A stretch of DNA of 64,000 nt from Eledone cirrhosa (taxonomy: Eukaryota). The notes below the pieces were generated by a model that saw nothing but the letters and a program-made list of their open reading frames with translations, made no database searches and had not been told where the DNA came from. The stretch is from positions 21,266,001 through 21,330,000 of the forward strand of contig OZ024744.1 in NCBI GenBank assembly GCA_964016885.1, in the 5' to 3' direction. Position 1 is the stretch's first letter. The number at the start of each line of letters is the position of its first letter. Positions 39,001 to 54,000 of the stretch are shown piece by piece. The translations under genes and the position numbers were made by a program.

Positions 39001-42000
39001 TTACTGTTGCTCTCCTCTTTCAATTACTGTTGCTCTCCTCGTTCAATTACTGTTGCTCTCCTCGTTCGATTACTGTTGCTTTCCTCGTTTAATTACTGTT
39101 GCTCTTCCCTTCAATTACTGTTGTTCTCCTCGTTCAATTACTGTTGTTCTCCTCGTTCAATTACTGTTGCTCTCCTCTTCAATTACTGTTGCTCTCCTCT
39201 TCAATTACTGTTGCTCTCCTCGTTCAATTACTGTTGCTCTCATCCTCAATTACTGTTGCTCTCCTCTTCAATTACTGTTGCTCTCCTCTTCAATTAATGT
39301 TGCTCTCCTCTTCAATTACTTTTGCTCTCCTCTTCAATTACTGTTGCTCTCCTCTTTCAATTACTGTTGCTCTCCTCGTCAATTACTGTTGCTCTCCTCT
39401 TCAACTACTATTTCTCTCCTCTTTCAATTACAGTTGTTCTCCTCTTCAATTACTGTTGCTCTCCTCGTTCAATTACTGTTGCTCTCCTCGTTCAATTACT
39501 GTTGCTCTCCTCTTTCAATTACTGTTGCTCTCCTCGTTCAATTACTGTTGCTCTCCTCTTCAATTACTGTTGCTCTCCTCGTTCAATTACTGTTGCTCTC
39601 CTCGTTCAATTACTGTTGCTCTCCTCTTCAATTACTATTTATCTCCTTTTTCAATTACTGTTGCTCTCCTCTTCAATTACTGTTGCTCTCCTCGTTCAAT
39701 TACTGTTGCTCTCCTCTTTCAATTACTGTTGCTCTCCTCGTTCAATTACTGTTGCTCTCGTCTTCAATTACTGTTGCTCTCCTCGTTCAATTAATGTTGC
39801 TCTCCTCCTCAATTACTCTTGCTCCGCTCTTCAATTGCTGTTGCTCTCCTCTTTCAATTACTGTTGCTCTCCTCGTTCAATTACTGTTGCTTTCCTCTTC
39901 AATTACTATTTCTCTCCTCTTTCAATTAGTGTTGCTCTCCTCATCAATTACTGTTGCTCTCCTCGTTCAATTACTGTTACTCTCCTCGTTCGATTACTGT
40001 TGCTCTCCTCGTTCAATTACTGTTGCTCTTCCCTTCAATTACTGTTGTTCTCCTCGTTCAATTACTGTTGCTCTCCTCTTCAATTACTGTTGCTCTCCTC
40101 GTTCAATTACTATTCTCTCCTCTTTCAATTACTGTTGCTCTCCTCGTTCAATTACTGTTGCTCTCCTCTTCAATTACTGTTGCTCTCCTCGTTCAATTAA
40201 TGTTGCTCTCCTCCTCAATTACTGTTGCTCCCCTCTTCAATTGCTGTTGCTCTCCTCTTTCAATTACTGTTGCTCTCCTCGTTCAATTACTGTTGCTTTC
40301 CCCTTCAATTACTATTTCTCTCCTCTTTCAATTACTGTTGCTCTCCTCTTCAATTACTGTTGCTATCCTCGTTCAATTACTGTTGCTCTCCTCATCAATT
40401 ACTGTTGCTCACCTCGTTCAATTACTGTTGCTCTCCTCTTCAATTACTATTCTCTCCTCTTTCAATTACTGTTGCTCTCCTCGTTCAATTACTGTTGCTC
40501 TCCTCTTCAATTACTGTTGCTCTCCTCTTCAATTACTGTTGCTCTCCCCGTTCAATTACTGTTGCTCTCATCCTCAATTACTGTTGCTTTCCTCTTCAAT
40601 TACTATTTCTCTCCTCTTTCAATTAGTGTTGCTCTCCTCATCAATTACTGTTGTTCTCCTCGTTCAATTACTGTTACTCTCCACTTCAATTACTATTCTC
40701 TCCTCTTTCAATTACTGTTGCTCTCCTCTTTCAATTACTGTTGCTCTCCTCGTTCAATTACTGTTGCTCTCCTCGTTCGATTACTGTTGCTCTCCTCGTT
40801 TAATTACTGTTGCTCTTCCCTTCAATTACTGTTGTTCTCCTCGTTCAATTACTGTTGCTCTCCTCTTCAATTACTGTTGCTCTCCTCTTCAACTACTGTT
40901 GCTCTCCTCGTTCAATTACTGTTGCTCTCATCCTCAATTACTGTTGCTCTCCTCTTCAATTACTGTTGCTCTCCTCTTCAATTAATGTTGCTCTCCTCTT
41001 CAATTACTTTTGCTCTCCTCTTCAATTACTGTTGCTCTCCTCTTTCAATTACTGTTGCTCTCCTCGTCAATTACTGTTGCTCTCCTCTTCAACTACTATT
41101 TCTCTCCTCTTTCAATTACTGTTGTTCTCCTCTTCAATTACTGTTGCTCTCCTCGTTCAATTACTGTTGCTGTCCTCGTTCAATTACTGTTGCTCTCCTC
41201 TTTCAATTACTGTTGCTCTCCTCGTTCAATTACTGTTGCTCTCCTCTTCAATTACTGTTGCTCTCCTCGTTCAATTACTGTTGCTCTCCTCGTTCAATTA
41301 CTGTTGCTCTCCTCTTCAATTACTATTTATCTCCTTTTTCAATTACTGTTGCTCTCCTCTTCAATTACTGTTGCTCTCCTCGTTCAATTACTGTTGCTCT
41401 CCTCATCAATTACTGTTGCTCTCCTCGTTCAATTACTGTTGCTCTCCTCTTTAATTACTATTCTCTCCTCTTTCAATTAATGTTGCTCTCCTCTTTTAAT
41501 TACTGTTGCTCTCTTCTTTCAATTACTGTTGCTCTCCTCCTTCAATTACTGTTGCTCTTCCCTTAAATTACTGTTGTTCTCCTCGTTCAATTACTGTTGC
41601 TCTACTCTTCAATTACTGTTGCTCTCCTCTTCAATTACTGTTGCTCCCCTCTTCAATTACTGTTGCTCTCCTCGTTCAATTACTGTTGCTCTCCTCGTTC
41701 AATTACTGTTGGTCTCCTCTTTCAATTACTGTTGCTCTCCTCGTTCAATTACTGTTGCTCTCCTCTTCAACTACTATTTCTCTCCTCTTTCAATTACTGT
41801 TGCTCTCCTCTTCAATTACTGTTGCTCTCCTCTTCAATTACTGTTGCTCTCCTCTTCAATTACTGTTGCTCTCCTCTTCAATTACTATTTCTCTCCTCGT
41901 TCAATTACTGTTGCTCTCCTCTTCAATTACTATTTCTCTCCTCTTTCATTTATTGTTGCTCTCCTCGTTCAATTACTGTTGCTCTCCTCTTCAATTACTG

Positions 42001-45000
42001 TTGCTCTCCTCTTCAATTTCTGTTGCTCTCCTCTTCAATTACTATTTCTCTCCTCTTTCAATTACTCTTCAATTACTATTTCTCTCCTCGTTCAATTACT
42101 GTTCCTCTCCTCTTCAATTACTATTTCTCTCCTCTTTCATTTACTGTTGCTCTCCTCTTTCAATTACTGTTGCTCTCCTCCTCAATTACTGTTGCTCTCC
42201 TCTTCAACTACTCTTTCTCTCCTCTTTCAATTACTGTTGCGCTCCTCTTCAATTACTGTTGTTCTCCTCGTTCAATTACTGTTGCTCTCCTCTTCAATTA
42301 CTGTTGCTTTCCTCTTCAATTACTATTTCTCTCCTCTTTCAATTAGTGTTGCTCTCCTCATCAATTACTGTTGCTCTCCTCGTTCAATTACTATTGCTCT
42401 CCTCTTCAATTACTATTCTCTCCTCTTTCAATTACTGTTGCTCTCCTCTTTCAATTACTTTTGCTCTCCTCGTTCGATTACTGTTGCTCTCCTCGTTCAA
42501 TTACTGTGGCTCTTCCCTTCAATTACTGTTGTTCTCCTCTTCAATTACTGTTGCTCTCCTCTTCAATTACTATTTCTCCTCTTTCAATTACTGTTGCTCT
42601 CATCTTCAATTACTGTTGCTCTCAGCGTTCAATTAATGTTGCTCTCATCCTCAATTAATGTTGCTCTCCTCTTCAATTACTGTTGCTCTCCTCTTCAACT
42701 ACTGTTGCTCTCCTCTTTCAATTAATGTTGCTCTCCTCCTCAATTACTGTTGCTCTCCTCTTCAACTACTATTTCTCTCCTCTTTCAATTACTGTTGTTC
42801 TCCTCTTCAATTACTGTTGCTCTACTCATCAATTACTGTTGCTCTCCTCGTTCAATTACTGTTTCTCTCCTCTTTCAATTACTGTTGTTCTCCTCTTCAA
42901 TTACTGTTGCTCTCCTCATCAATTACTGTTGCTCTCCTCGTTCAATTACTGTTGCTCTCCTCTTTCAATTACTGTTGCTCTCCTCGTTCAATTACTGTTG
43001 CTCTCCTCTTCAATTACTGTTCCTCTCCTCGTTCAATTACTGTTGCTCTCCTCGTTCAATTACTGTTGCTCTCCTCTTCAATTACTATTTCTCTCCTCTT
43101 TCAATTACTGTTGCTCTCCTCGTTCAATTACTGTTGCTCTTCCCTTCAATTACTGTTGTTCTCCTCGTTCAATTACTGTTGCTCTCCTCGTTCAATTACT
43201 GTTGCTCTCCTCTTCAATTACTATTCTCTCCTCTTTCAATTACTGTTGCTCTCCTCGTTCAATTACTGTTGCTCTCCTCTTCAATTACTGTTGCTCTCCT
43301 CGTTCAATTACTGTTGCTCTCCTCGTTCAATTACTGTTGCTCTCCTCTTCAATTACTATTTCTCTCCTCTTTCAATTACTGTTGCTCTCCTCGTTCAATT
43401 ACTGTTGCTCTTCCCTTCAATTACTGTTGTTGTCCTCGTTCAATTACTGTTGCTCTTCCCTTCAATTACTGTTGCTCTCCTCGTTCAATTACTGTTACTC
43501 TCCTCGTTCGATTACTGTTGCTCTCCTCGTTCAATTACTGTTGCTCTTCCCTTCAATTACTGTTGTTCTCCTCGTTCAATTACTGTTGCTCTCCTCTTCA
43601 ATTACTGTTGCTCTCCTCTTCAATTACTGTTGCTCTCCTCGTTCAATTACTGTTGCTCTCATCCTCAATTACTGTTGCTTTCCTCTTCAATTACTATTTC
43701 TCTCCTCTTTCAATTAGTGTTGCGCTCCTCATCAATTACTGTTGCTCTCCTCGTTCAATTACTGTTACTCTCCACTTCAATTACTATTCTCTCCTCTTTC
43801 AATTACTGTTGCTCTCCTCTTTCAATTACTGTTGCTCTCCTCGTTCAATTACTGTTGCTCTCCTCGTTCGATTACTGTTGCTCTCCTCGTTTAATTACTG
43901 TTGCTCTTCCCTTCAATTACTGTTGTTCTCCTCGTTCAATTACTGTTGCTCTCCTCTTCAATTACTGTTGCTCTCCTCTTCAATTACTGTTGCTCTCCTC
44001 GTTCAATTACTGTTGCTCTCATCCTCAATTACTGTTGCTCTCCTCTTCAATTACTGTTGCTCTCCTCTTCAATTAATGTTGCTCTCCTCTTCAATTACTT
44101 TTGCTCTCCTCTTCAATTACTGTTGCTCTCCTCTTTCAATTACTGTTGCTCTCCTCCTCAATTACTGTTGCTCTCCTCTTCAACTACTATTTCTCTCCTC
44201 TTTAAATTACTGTTGTTCTCCTCTTCAATTACTGTTGCTCTCCTCGTTCAATTACTGTTGCTCTCCTCGTTCAATTACTGTTGCTCTCCTCGTTCAATTA
44301 CTGTTGCTCTCCTCTTTCAATTACTGTTGCTCTCCTCCTCAATTACTGTTGCTCTCCTCTTCAATTACTATTTCTCTCCTCGTTCAATTACTGTTGCTCT
44401 CCTCTTTCAATTACTGTTGCTCTCCTCGTTCAATTACTGTTGCTCTCCTCTTCAATTACTGTTGCTCTCCTCGTTCAATTACTGTTGCTCTCCTCGTTCA
44501 ATTACTGTTGCTCTCCTCTTCAATTACTGTTGCTCTCCTCTTCAATTACTTTTGCTCTCCTCGTTCAATTACTGTTGCTCTCCTCGTTCAATTACTGTTG
44601 CTCTCCTCTTTCAATTACTGTTGCTCTCCTCCTCAATTACTGTTGCTCTCCTCTTCAATTACTATTTCTCTCCTCGTTCAATTACTGTTGCTCTCCTCTT
44701 CAATTACTATTATCTCCTCTTTCAATTACTGTTGCTCTCCTCTTTTAATTACTGTTGCTCTCCTCTTTTAATTACTGTTGCTCTCCTCGTTCAATTACTG
44801 TTGCTCTCCTCTTCAATTACTGTTGCTCTCCTCTTCAATTACTTTTGCTCTCCTCTTCAATTACTGTTGCTCTCCTCGTTCAATTACTGTTGCTCTCCTC
44901 CTCAATTACTGTTTCTCTCCTCTTTCAATTACTGTTGCTCTTCTATTTCAATTACTGATGCTCTACTTTTCAATTACTGTTGCTCTCCTCTTCCATTACT

Positions 45001-48000
45001 CTTGCTCTCCTCTTCAAATATCTGGTCATCTCATCTTTCAATTAATGTTGCTCTCCTCGTTCAATTACTGTTGCTCCTCTATTTCAATTAGTGTTGCTCT
45101 CCTCTTCAATTACTATTTCTCTCCTCTTTCAATTACTGTTGCTCTCCTCTTTCAATTACTGTTGCTCTCCTCGTTCAATTACTGTTGCTCTCCTCTTCAA
45201 TCACTGTTGCTCTCCTCGTTCAATTACTGTTGCTCTCCTCTGCAATTACTGTTGCTCCCCTCTTCAATTGATGTTGCTCTCCTCTTTCAATTACTGTTGC
45301 TCACCTCGTTCAATTACTGTTGCTCTCCTCTTCAATTACTATTCCTCTTTCAATTAGTGTTGCTCTCCTCATCAATTACTGTTGCTCTCCTCGTTCAATT
45401 ACTGTTGCTCTCCTCTTCAATTACTATTCTCTCCTCTTTCAATTACTGTTGCTCTCCTCTTCAATTACGGTTGCTCTCTTGTACAATTACTGTTGCTCTC
45501 CTCGTTCAATTACTGTTGCTCTCCTCTTTCAATTACTGTTGCTCTCCTCGTTCAATTACTGTTGCTCTCCTCTTCAATTATTGTTGCTCTCCTCGTTCAA
45601 TTACTGTTGCTCTCCTCGTTCAATTACTGTTGCTCTCCTCTTCAATTACTATTTCTCCTCTTTCAATTACTGTTGCTCTCCTCGTTCAATTCCTGTTGCT
45701 CTCCTCGTTCAATTACTGTTGCTCTCCTCGTCAATTACTGTTGCTCTCCTCGTTCAATTACTGTTGCTCTCCTCTTCAATTACTATTCTCTCCTCTTTCG
45801 AATTACTGTTGCTCTCCTCTTTCAATTACTGTTGCTCTCCTCTTCAATTACGGTTGCTCTCTTGTACAATTACTGTTGCTCTCCTCGTTCAATTACTGTT
45901 GCTCTCCTCTTCAATTACTGTTGCTCTCCTTTTCAATTACTGTTGCTCTCCTCTTCAATTACTGTTGCTCTCCTCGTTCAATTACTGTTGCTCTCCTCCT
46001 CAATTACTGTTGCTCCCCTCTTCAATTGCTGTTGCTCTCCTCTTTCAATTACTGTTGCTCTCCGCTTTCAATTACTGTTGCCCTCCTCTTCAATTAGTAT
46101 TTCTCTCCTCTTTCATATAATGTTGCTCTCCTCTTCAATTACTGTTGCTCTCCTCTTCAATTACTGTTGCTCTCCTCGTTCAATTACTGTTGCTCTCCTC
46201 CTCAATTACTATACTCTCCTCTTTCAATTACTGTTGCTCTCCTCTTTCAATTACTGTTGCTCTCCTCGTTCAATTACTGTTGCTCTTCTCGTTCAATTAC
46301 TGTTGCTCTTCCCTTCAATTACTGTTTTTCTCCTCGTTCACTTACTTTTGCTCTGCTCTTCAATTACTGTTGCTCTCCTCTTCAATTACTGTTGCTCTCC
46401 TCGTTCAATTACTGTTGCTCTCCTCCTCAATTAATGTTGCTCTCCTCTTCAATTATTGTTGCTCTCCTCTTCAATTAATGTTGCTCTCCTCTTCAATTAC
46501 TGTTGCTCTCCTCTTCAGTTACTGTTGCTCTCCTCTTCAATTAATGTTGCTCTCCTCTTTTAATTACTTTTGCTCTCCTCGTTCAATTACTGTTGCTCTC
46601 CTCTTCAATTACTGTTGCTCTCCTCGTTCAATTACTGTTGCTCTCCTCGTTCAATTACTGTTGCTCTCCTCTTCAATTACTATTTCTCTCCTCTTGCAAT
46701 TACTGTTGCTCTCCTCGTTCAATTACTGTTGCTCTCCTCGTTCAATTACTTATGCTCTTCTCATCAATTACTGTTGCTCTCCTCGTTCAATTACTGTTGC
46801 TCTCCTCTTCAATTACTGTTGTTCTCCTCGTTCAATTCCTGTTGCTCTCCTCTTTCAATTACTGTTGCTCTCCTCGTTCAATTACTGTTGCTCTCCTTGT
46901 TCAATTACTGTTGCTCTTCCCTTCAATTACTGTTGTTCTCCTCGTTCAATTACTGTTGCTCTCCACTTCAATTACTGTCGCTCTCCTCCTCAATTACTCT
47001 TGCACTCCTCTTTCAATTACTGTCGCCCTCCTCTTCAATTACTGTTGCTCTCCACTTCAATTACTGTTGCTTTCCACTTCAATTACTGTTTTCTACTCTT
47101 CAATTATTGTTGCTCTCATCTTTCAATTACTGTTGCTCTCATCTTTCAATTACTGTTGCTCTCTTCTTACAATTACTGTTGCTCTCCTCTTTATTTACTG
47201 TTGCTCTCCTCTTCCACTACTATTGCTCCCCTCTTCCATTACTGTTGCTCTCCTCTCCCATTACTGATTCTCTCCTCTTTCAATTACTGTTGCTCTCCTC
47301 TTCAATTACTGTTGCGCGCCTATTCAATTACTGTTGCTCCACTCTTCAATTATTGTTTCTCTCCTCTTTCAATTACTGTTGCTCTCCTCTTCAATTACTG
47401 TAGCTTTCCTCTTTCAATTACTGTTGCTCTCCTCTTTCAATTACTGTTGCTCTCCTCTTTCAATTACTGTTGCTCTCCTCTTCAATTACTGTTGCGCTCC
47501 TATTCAATTACTGTTGCTCCACTCTTCAATTAATGTTTCTCTCCTCTTTCAATTACTGTTGCTCTCCTCTTCAATTACTGTAGCTTTCCTCTTTCAATTA
47601 CTGTTGCTCTCCTCATCAATTACTGTTGCTCTCCTCGTTCAATTACTGTTGCTCTCCTCTTCAATTACTATTCTCTCCTCTTTCAATTACTGTTGCTCTC
47701 CTCTTTCAATTAATGTTGCTCTCCTCGTTAAATTACTGTTGCTCTCCTCGTTCAATTACTGTTGCTCTTCTCGTTCAATTACTGTTGCTCTTCCCTTCAA
47801 TTACTGTTTTTCTCCTCGTTCAATTACTTTTGCTCTCCTCTTCAATTACTGTTGCTCTCCTCTTCAATTACTGTTGCTCTCCTCGTTCAATTACTGTTGC
47901 TCTCCTCCTCAATTAATGTTGCTCTCCTCTTCAATTATTGTTGCTCTCCTCTTCAATTAATGTTGCTCTCCTCTTCAATTACTGTTGCTCTCCTCTTCAG

Positions 48001-51000
48001 TTACTGTTGCTCTCCTCTTCAATTAATGTTGCTCTCCTCTTTCAATTACTGTTGCTCTCCTCGTTCAATTACTGTTGCTCTCCTCTTCAATTACTGTTGC
48101 TCTCCTCGTTCAATTACTGTTGCTCTCCTCGTTCAATTACTGTTGCTCTCCTCTTCAATTACTATTTCTCTCCTCTTGCAATTACTGTTGCTCTCCTCGT
48201 TCAATTACTGTTGCTCTCCTCGTTCAATTACTTATGCTCTTCTCATCAATTACTGTTGCTCTCCTCGTTCAATTACTGTTGCTCTCCTCTTCAATTACTG
48301 TTGTTCTCCTCGTTCAATTCCTGTTGCTCTCCTCTTTCAATTACTGTTGCTCTCCTCGTTCAATTACTGTTGCTCTCCTTGTTCAATTACTGTTGCTCTT
48401 CCCTTCAATTACTGTTGTTCTCCTCGTAGAATTACTGTTGCTCTCCACTTCAATTACTGTCGCTCTCCTCCTCAATTACTCTTGCACTCCTCTTTCAATT
48501 ACTGTCGCCCTCCTCTTCAATTACTGTTGCTCTCCACTTCAATTACTGTTGCTTTCCACTTCAATTACTGTTTTCTACTCTTCAATTATTGTTGCTCTCA
48601 TCTTTCAATTACTGTTGCTCTCATCTTTCAATTACTGTTGCTCTCTTCTTACAATTACTGTTGCTCTCCTCTTTATTTACTGTTGCTCTCCTCTTCCACT
48701 ACTATTGCTCCCCTCTTCCATTACTGTTGCTCTCCTCTCCCATTACTGATTCTCTCCTCTTTCAATTACTGTTGCTCTCCTCTTCAATTACTGTTGCGCT
48801 CCTATTCAATTACTGTTGCTCCACTCTTCAATTAATGTTTCTCTCCTCTTTCAATTACTGTTGCTCTCCTCTTCAATTACTGTAGCTTTCCTCTTTCAAT
48901 TACTGTTGCTCTCCTCTTTCAATTACTGTTGCTCTCCTCGTTCAATTACTGTTGCTCTCCTCTTCAATTATTGTTGCTCTCCTCGTTCAATTACTGTTGC
49001 TCTCCTCGTTCAATTACTGTTGCTCTCCTCTTCAATTACTATTTCTCCTCTTTCAATTACTGTTGCTCTCCTCGTTCAATTCCTGTTGCTCTCCTCGTTC
49101 AATTACTGTTGCTCTCCTCGTCAATTACTGTTGCTCTCCTCGTTCAATTACTGTTGCTCTCCTCTTCAATTACTATTCTCTCCTCTTTCGAATTACTGTT
49201 GCGCTCCTATTCAATTACTGTTGCTCCACTCTTCAATTAATGTTTCTCTCCTCTTTCAATTACTGTTGCTCTCCTCTTCAATTACTGTAGCTTTCCTCTT
49301 TCAATTACTGTTGCTCTCCTCTTTCAATTACTGTTGCTCTCCTCGTTCAATTACTGTTGCTCTCCTCTTCAATTATTGTTGCTCTCCTCGTTCAATTACT
49401 GTTGCTCTCCTCGTTCAATTACTGTTGCTCTCCTCGTTCAATTACTGTTGCTCTCCTTGTTCAATTACTGTTGCTCTTCCCTTCAATTACTGTTGTTCTC
49501 CTCGTTCAATTACTGTTGCTCTCCTCTTCAATTACTGTTGCTCTCCTCTTCAATTACTGTTGCTCCCCTCTTCAATTACTGTTGCTCTCCTCGTTCAATT
49601 ACTGTTGCTCTCCTCCTCAATTACTGTTGCTCCCCTCTTCAATTGCTGTTGCTCTCCTCTTTCAATTACTGTTGCTCTCCTCTTTCAATTACTGTTGCCC
49701 TCCTCTTCAATTACTATTTCTCTCCTCTTTCATATACTGTTGTTCTCCTCTTCAATTACTGTTGCTCTCCTCTTCAATTACTATTTTTCTCCTCTTTCAA
49801 TTACTGTTGCTCTCCTCTTTCAATTACTGTTGCTCTCCTCGTTCAATTACTGTTGCTCTCCTCTTCAATCACTGTTGCTCTGCTCGTTCAATTACTGCTG
49901 CTCTCCTCCGCAATTACTTTTGCTCCCCTCTTCAATTGCTGTTGCTCTCCTCTTTCAATTACTGTTGCTCTCCTCGTTCAATTACTGATGCTATCCTCTT
50001 CAATTACAATTCTCTCCTCTTTCAATTACTGTTGCTCTCCTCTTCAATTACTGTTGCTCTCCTCTTCAATTACTGTTGCTCTCTTGTACAGTTACTCTTG
50101 CTCTCCTCGTTCAATTACTGTTGCTCTCCTCTTTCAATTACTGTTGCTCTCCTCGTTCAATTACTGTTGCTCTCCTCTTCAATTATTGTTGCTCTCCTCG
50201 TTCAATTACTGTTGCTCTCCTCGTTCAATTACTGTTGCTCTCCTCTTCAATTACTATTTCTCCTCTTTCAATTACTGTTGCTCTCCTCGTTCAATTCCTG
50301 TTGCTCTCCTCGTTCAATTACTGTTGCTCTCCTCGTCAATTACTGTTGCTCTTCTCGTTCAATTACTGTTGCTCTCCTCTTCAATTACTATTCTCTCCTA
50401 TTTCGAATTACTGTTGCTCTCCTCTTTCAATTACTGTTGCTATCCTCGTTCAATTACTGTTGCTCTCCTTGTTCAATTACTGTTGCTCTTCCCTTCAATT
50501 ACTGTTGTTCTCCTCGTTCAATTACTGTTGGTCTCCTCTTCAATTACTGTTGCTCTCCTCTTCAATTACTGTTGCTCTCCTCTTCAAATACTGTTGCTCT
50601 CCTCTTCAATTACTGTTGCTCTCCTCGTTCAATTACTGTTGCTCTCCGCTTTCAATTACTGTTGCTCCCCTCTTCAATTGCTGTTGCTCTCCTCTTTCAA
50701 TTACTGTTGCTCTCCTCTTTCAATTACTGTTGCCCTCCACTTCAATTACTATTTCTCTCCTCTTTCATATACTGTTGCTCTCCTCTTCAATTACTGTTGC
50801 TCTCCTCTTCAATTACTGTTGCTCTCCTCGTTCAATTACTGTTGCTCTCCTCCTCAATTACTATTCTCTCTTCTTTCAATTACTGTTGCTCTCCTCTTTC
50901 AATTAATGTTGCTCTCCTCGGTCAATTACTGTTGCTCTCCTCGTTCAATTAATGTTGCTCTTCTTGTTCAATTACTGTTGCTCTTCCCTTCAATTACTGT

Positions 51001-54000
51001 TTTTCTCCTCGTTCAATTACTGTTGCTCTCCTCTTCAATTACTGTTGCTCTCCTCTTCAATTACTGTTGCTCTCCTCGTTCAATTATTGTTGCTCTCCTC
51101 CTCAATTACTGTTGCTCTCCTCTTCAATTATTGTTGCTCTCCTCTTCAATTAATGTTGCTCTCCTCTTCAATTACTGTTGCTCTCCTCTTCAATTACTGT
51201 TGCTCTCCTCTTCAATTAATGTTGCTCTCCTCTTTCAATTACTGTTGCTCTCCTCGTTCAATTACTGTTGCTCTCCTCTTCAATTACTGTTGCTCTCCTC
51301 GTTCAATTACTGTTGCTCTCCTCGTTCAATTACTGTTGCTCTCCTCTTCAATTACTATTTCTCTCCTCTTTCAATTACTGTTGCTCTCCTCGTTCAATTA
51401 CTGTTGCTCTCCTCTTCAATTACTGTTGTTCTCCTCGTTCAATTACTGTTGCTCTCCTCTTTCAATTACTGTTGCTCTCCTCGTTCAATTACTGTTGCTC
51501 TCCTTGTTCAATTACTGTTGCTCTTCCCTTCAATTACTGTTGTTCTCCTCGTTCAATTACTGTTGCTTTCCACTTCAATTACTGTTTTCTACTCTTCAAT
51601 TATTGTTGCTCTCATCTTTCAATTACTGTTGCTCTCATCTTTCAATTACTGTTGCTCTCTTCTTTCAATTACTGTTGCTCTCCTCTTTATTTACTGTTGT
51701 TCTCCTCTTCCACTACTATTGCTCCCCTCTTCCATTACTGTTGCTCTCCTCTCCCATTACTGATTCTCTCATCTTTCAATTACTGTTGCTCTCCTCTTCA
51801 ATTACTGTTGCGCTCCTATTCAATTACTGTTGCTCCACTCTTCAAATAATGTTTCTCTCCTCTTTCAATTACTGTTGCTCTCCTCTTCAATTACTGTAGC
51901 TTTCCTCTTTCAATTACTGTTGCTCTCCTCTTTCAATTACTGTTGTTCTCCTCGTTCAATTCCTGTTGCTCTCCTCGTTCAATTACTGTTGCTCTCCTCG
52001 TCAATTACTGTTGCTCTCCTCGTTCAATTACTGTTGCTCTCCTCTTCAATTACTATTCTCTCCTCTTTCGAATTACTGTTGCTCTCCTCTTTCAATTACT
52101 GTTGCTCTCCTCGTTCAATAACTGTTGCTCTCCTTGTTCAATTACTGTTGCTCTTCCCTTCAATTACTGTTGTTCTCCTCGTTCAATTACTGTTGCTCTC
52201 CTCTTCAATTACTGTTGCTCTCCTCTTCAATTACTGTTGCTCTCCTCTTCAATTACTGTTGCTCTCCTCGTTCAATTACTGTTGCTCTCATCCTCAATTA
52301 CTGTTGCTTCCCTCTTCAATTGCTGTTGCTCTCCTCTTTCAATTACTGTTGCTCTCCTCTTTCAATTACTGTTGCCCTCCTCTTCAATTACTATTTCTCT
52401 CCTCTTTCATATACTGCTGCTCTCCTCTTCAATTACTGTTGCTCTCCTCTTCAATTACTGTTGCTCTCCTCGTTCAATTAATGTTGCTCTCCTCCTCAAT
52501 TACTATTCTCTCCTCTTTCAATTACTGTTGCTCTCCTCTTTCAATTAATGTTGCTCTCCTCGTTCAATTACTGTTGCTCTCCTCGTTCAATTACTGTTGC
52601 CCTTCTCGTTCAATTACTGTTGCTCTTCCCTTCAATTACTGTTTTTCTCCTCGTTCAATTACTGTTGCTCTCCTCTTCAATTACTGTTGCTCTCCTCTTC
52701 AATTACTGTTGCTCTCCTCGTTCAATTACTGTTGCTCCTCTCCTCAATTACTGTTGCTCTCCTCTTCAATTATTGTTGCTCTCATCTTCAATTAATGTTG
52801 CTCTCCTCTTCAATTACTGTTGCTCTCCTCTTCAATTACTGATGCTCTCCTCTTCAATTAATGTTGCTCTCCTCTTTCAATTACTGTTGCTCTCCTCGTT
52901 CAATTACTGTTGCTCTCCTCTTCAATTACTGTTGCTCTCCTCGTTCAATTACTGTTGCTCTCCTCGTTCAATTACTGTTGCTCTCCTCTTCAATTACTAT
53001 TTCTCTCATCTTTCAATTACTGTTGCTCTCCTCGTTCAATTACTGTTGCTCTCCTCGTTCAATTACTTATGCTCCTCTCATCAATTACTGTTGCTCTCCT
53101 CGTTCAATTACTGTTGCTCTCCTCTTCAATTACTGTTGTTCTCCTCGTTCAATTACTGTTGCTCTCCTCTTTCAATTACTGTTGCTCTCCTCGTTCAATT
53201 ACTGTTGCTCTCCTTGTTCAATTACTGTTGCTCTTCCCTTCAATTACTGTTGTTCTCCTCGTTCAAATACTGTTGCTCTCCTCTTCAATTAATGTCGCTC
53301 ACCACTTCAATTACTGTCGCTCTCCTCCTCAATTACTCTTGCACTCCCCTTTCAATTACTGTCGCCCTCCTCTTCAATTACTGTTGCTCTCCACTTCAAT
53401 TACTGTTGCTTTCCACTTCAATTACTGTTTTCTACTCTTCAATGATTGTTGGTCTCATCTTTCAATTACTGTTGCTCTCATCTTTCAATTACTGTTGCTC
53501 TCTTCTTTCAATTACTGTTGCTCTCCTCTTTATTTACTGTTGCTCTCCTCTTCCACTACTATTGCTCCCCTCTTCCATTACTGTTGCTCTCCTCTCCCAT
53601 TAATGATTCTCTCCTCTTTCAATTACTTTTGCTCTCCTCTTCAATTACTGTTGCGCTCCTATTCAATTACTGTTGCTCCACTCTTCAAATAATGTTTCTC
53701 TCCTCTTTCAATTACTGTTGCTCTCCTCGTTCAATTACTGTTGCTCTCCTCTTCAATCACTGTTGCTCTCCTCGTTCAATTACTGCTGCTCTCCTCCGCA
53801 ATTGCTTTTGCTCCCCTCTTCAATTGCTGTTGCTCTCCTCTTTCAATTACTGTTGCTCTCCTCGTTCAATTACTGTTGCTCTCCTCTTCAATTACTATTT
53901 CTCTCCTCTTTCAATTAGTGTTGCTCTCCTCATCAATTAGTGTTGCTCTCCTCGTTCAATTACTGTTGCTCTCCTCTTCAATTACAATTCTCTCCTCTTT

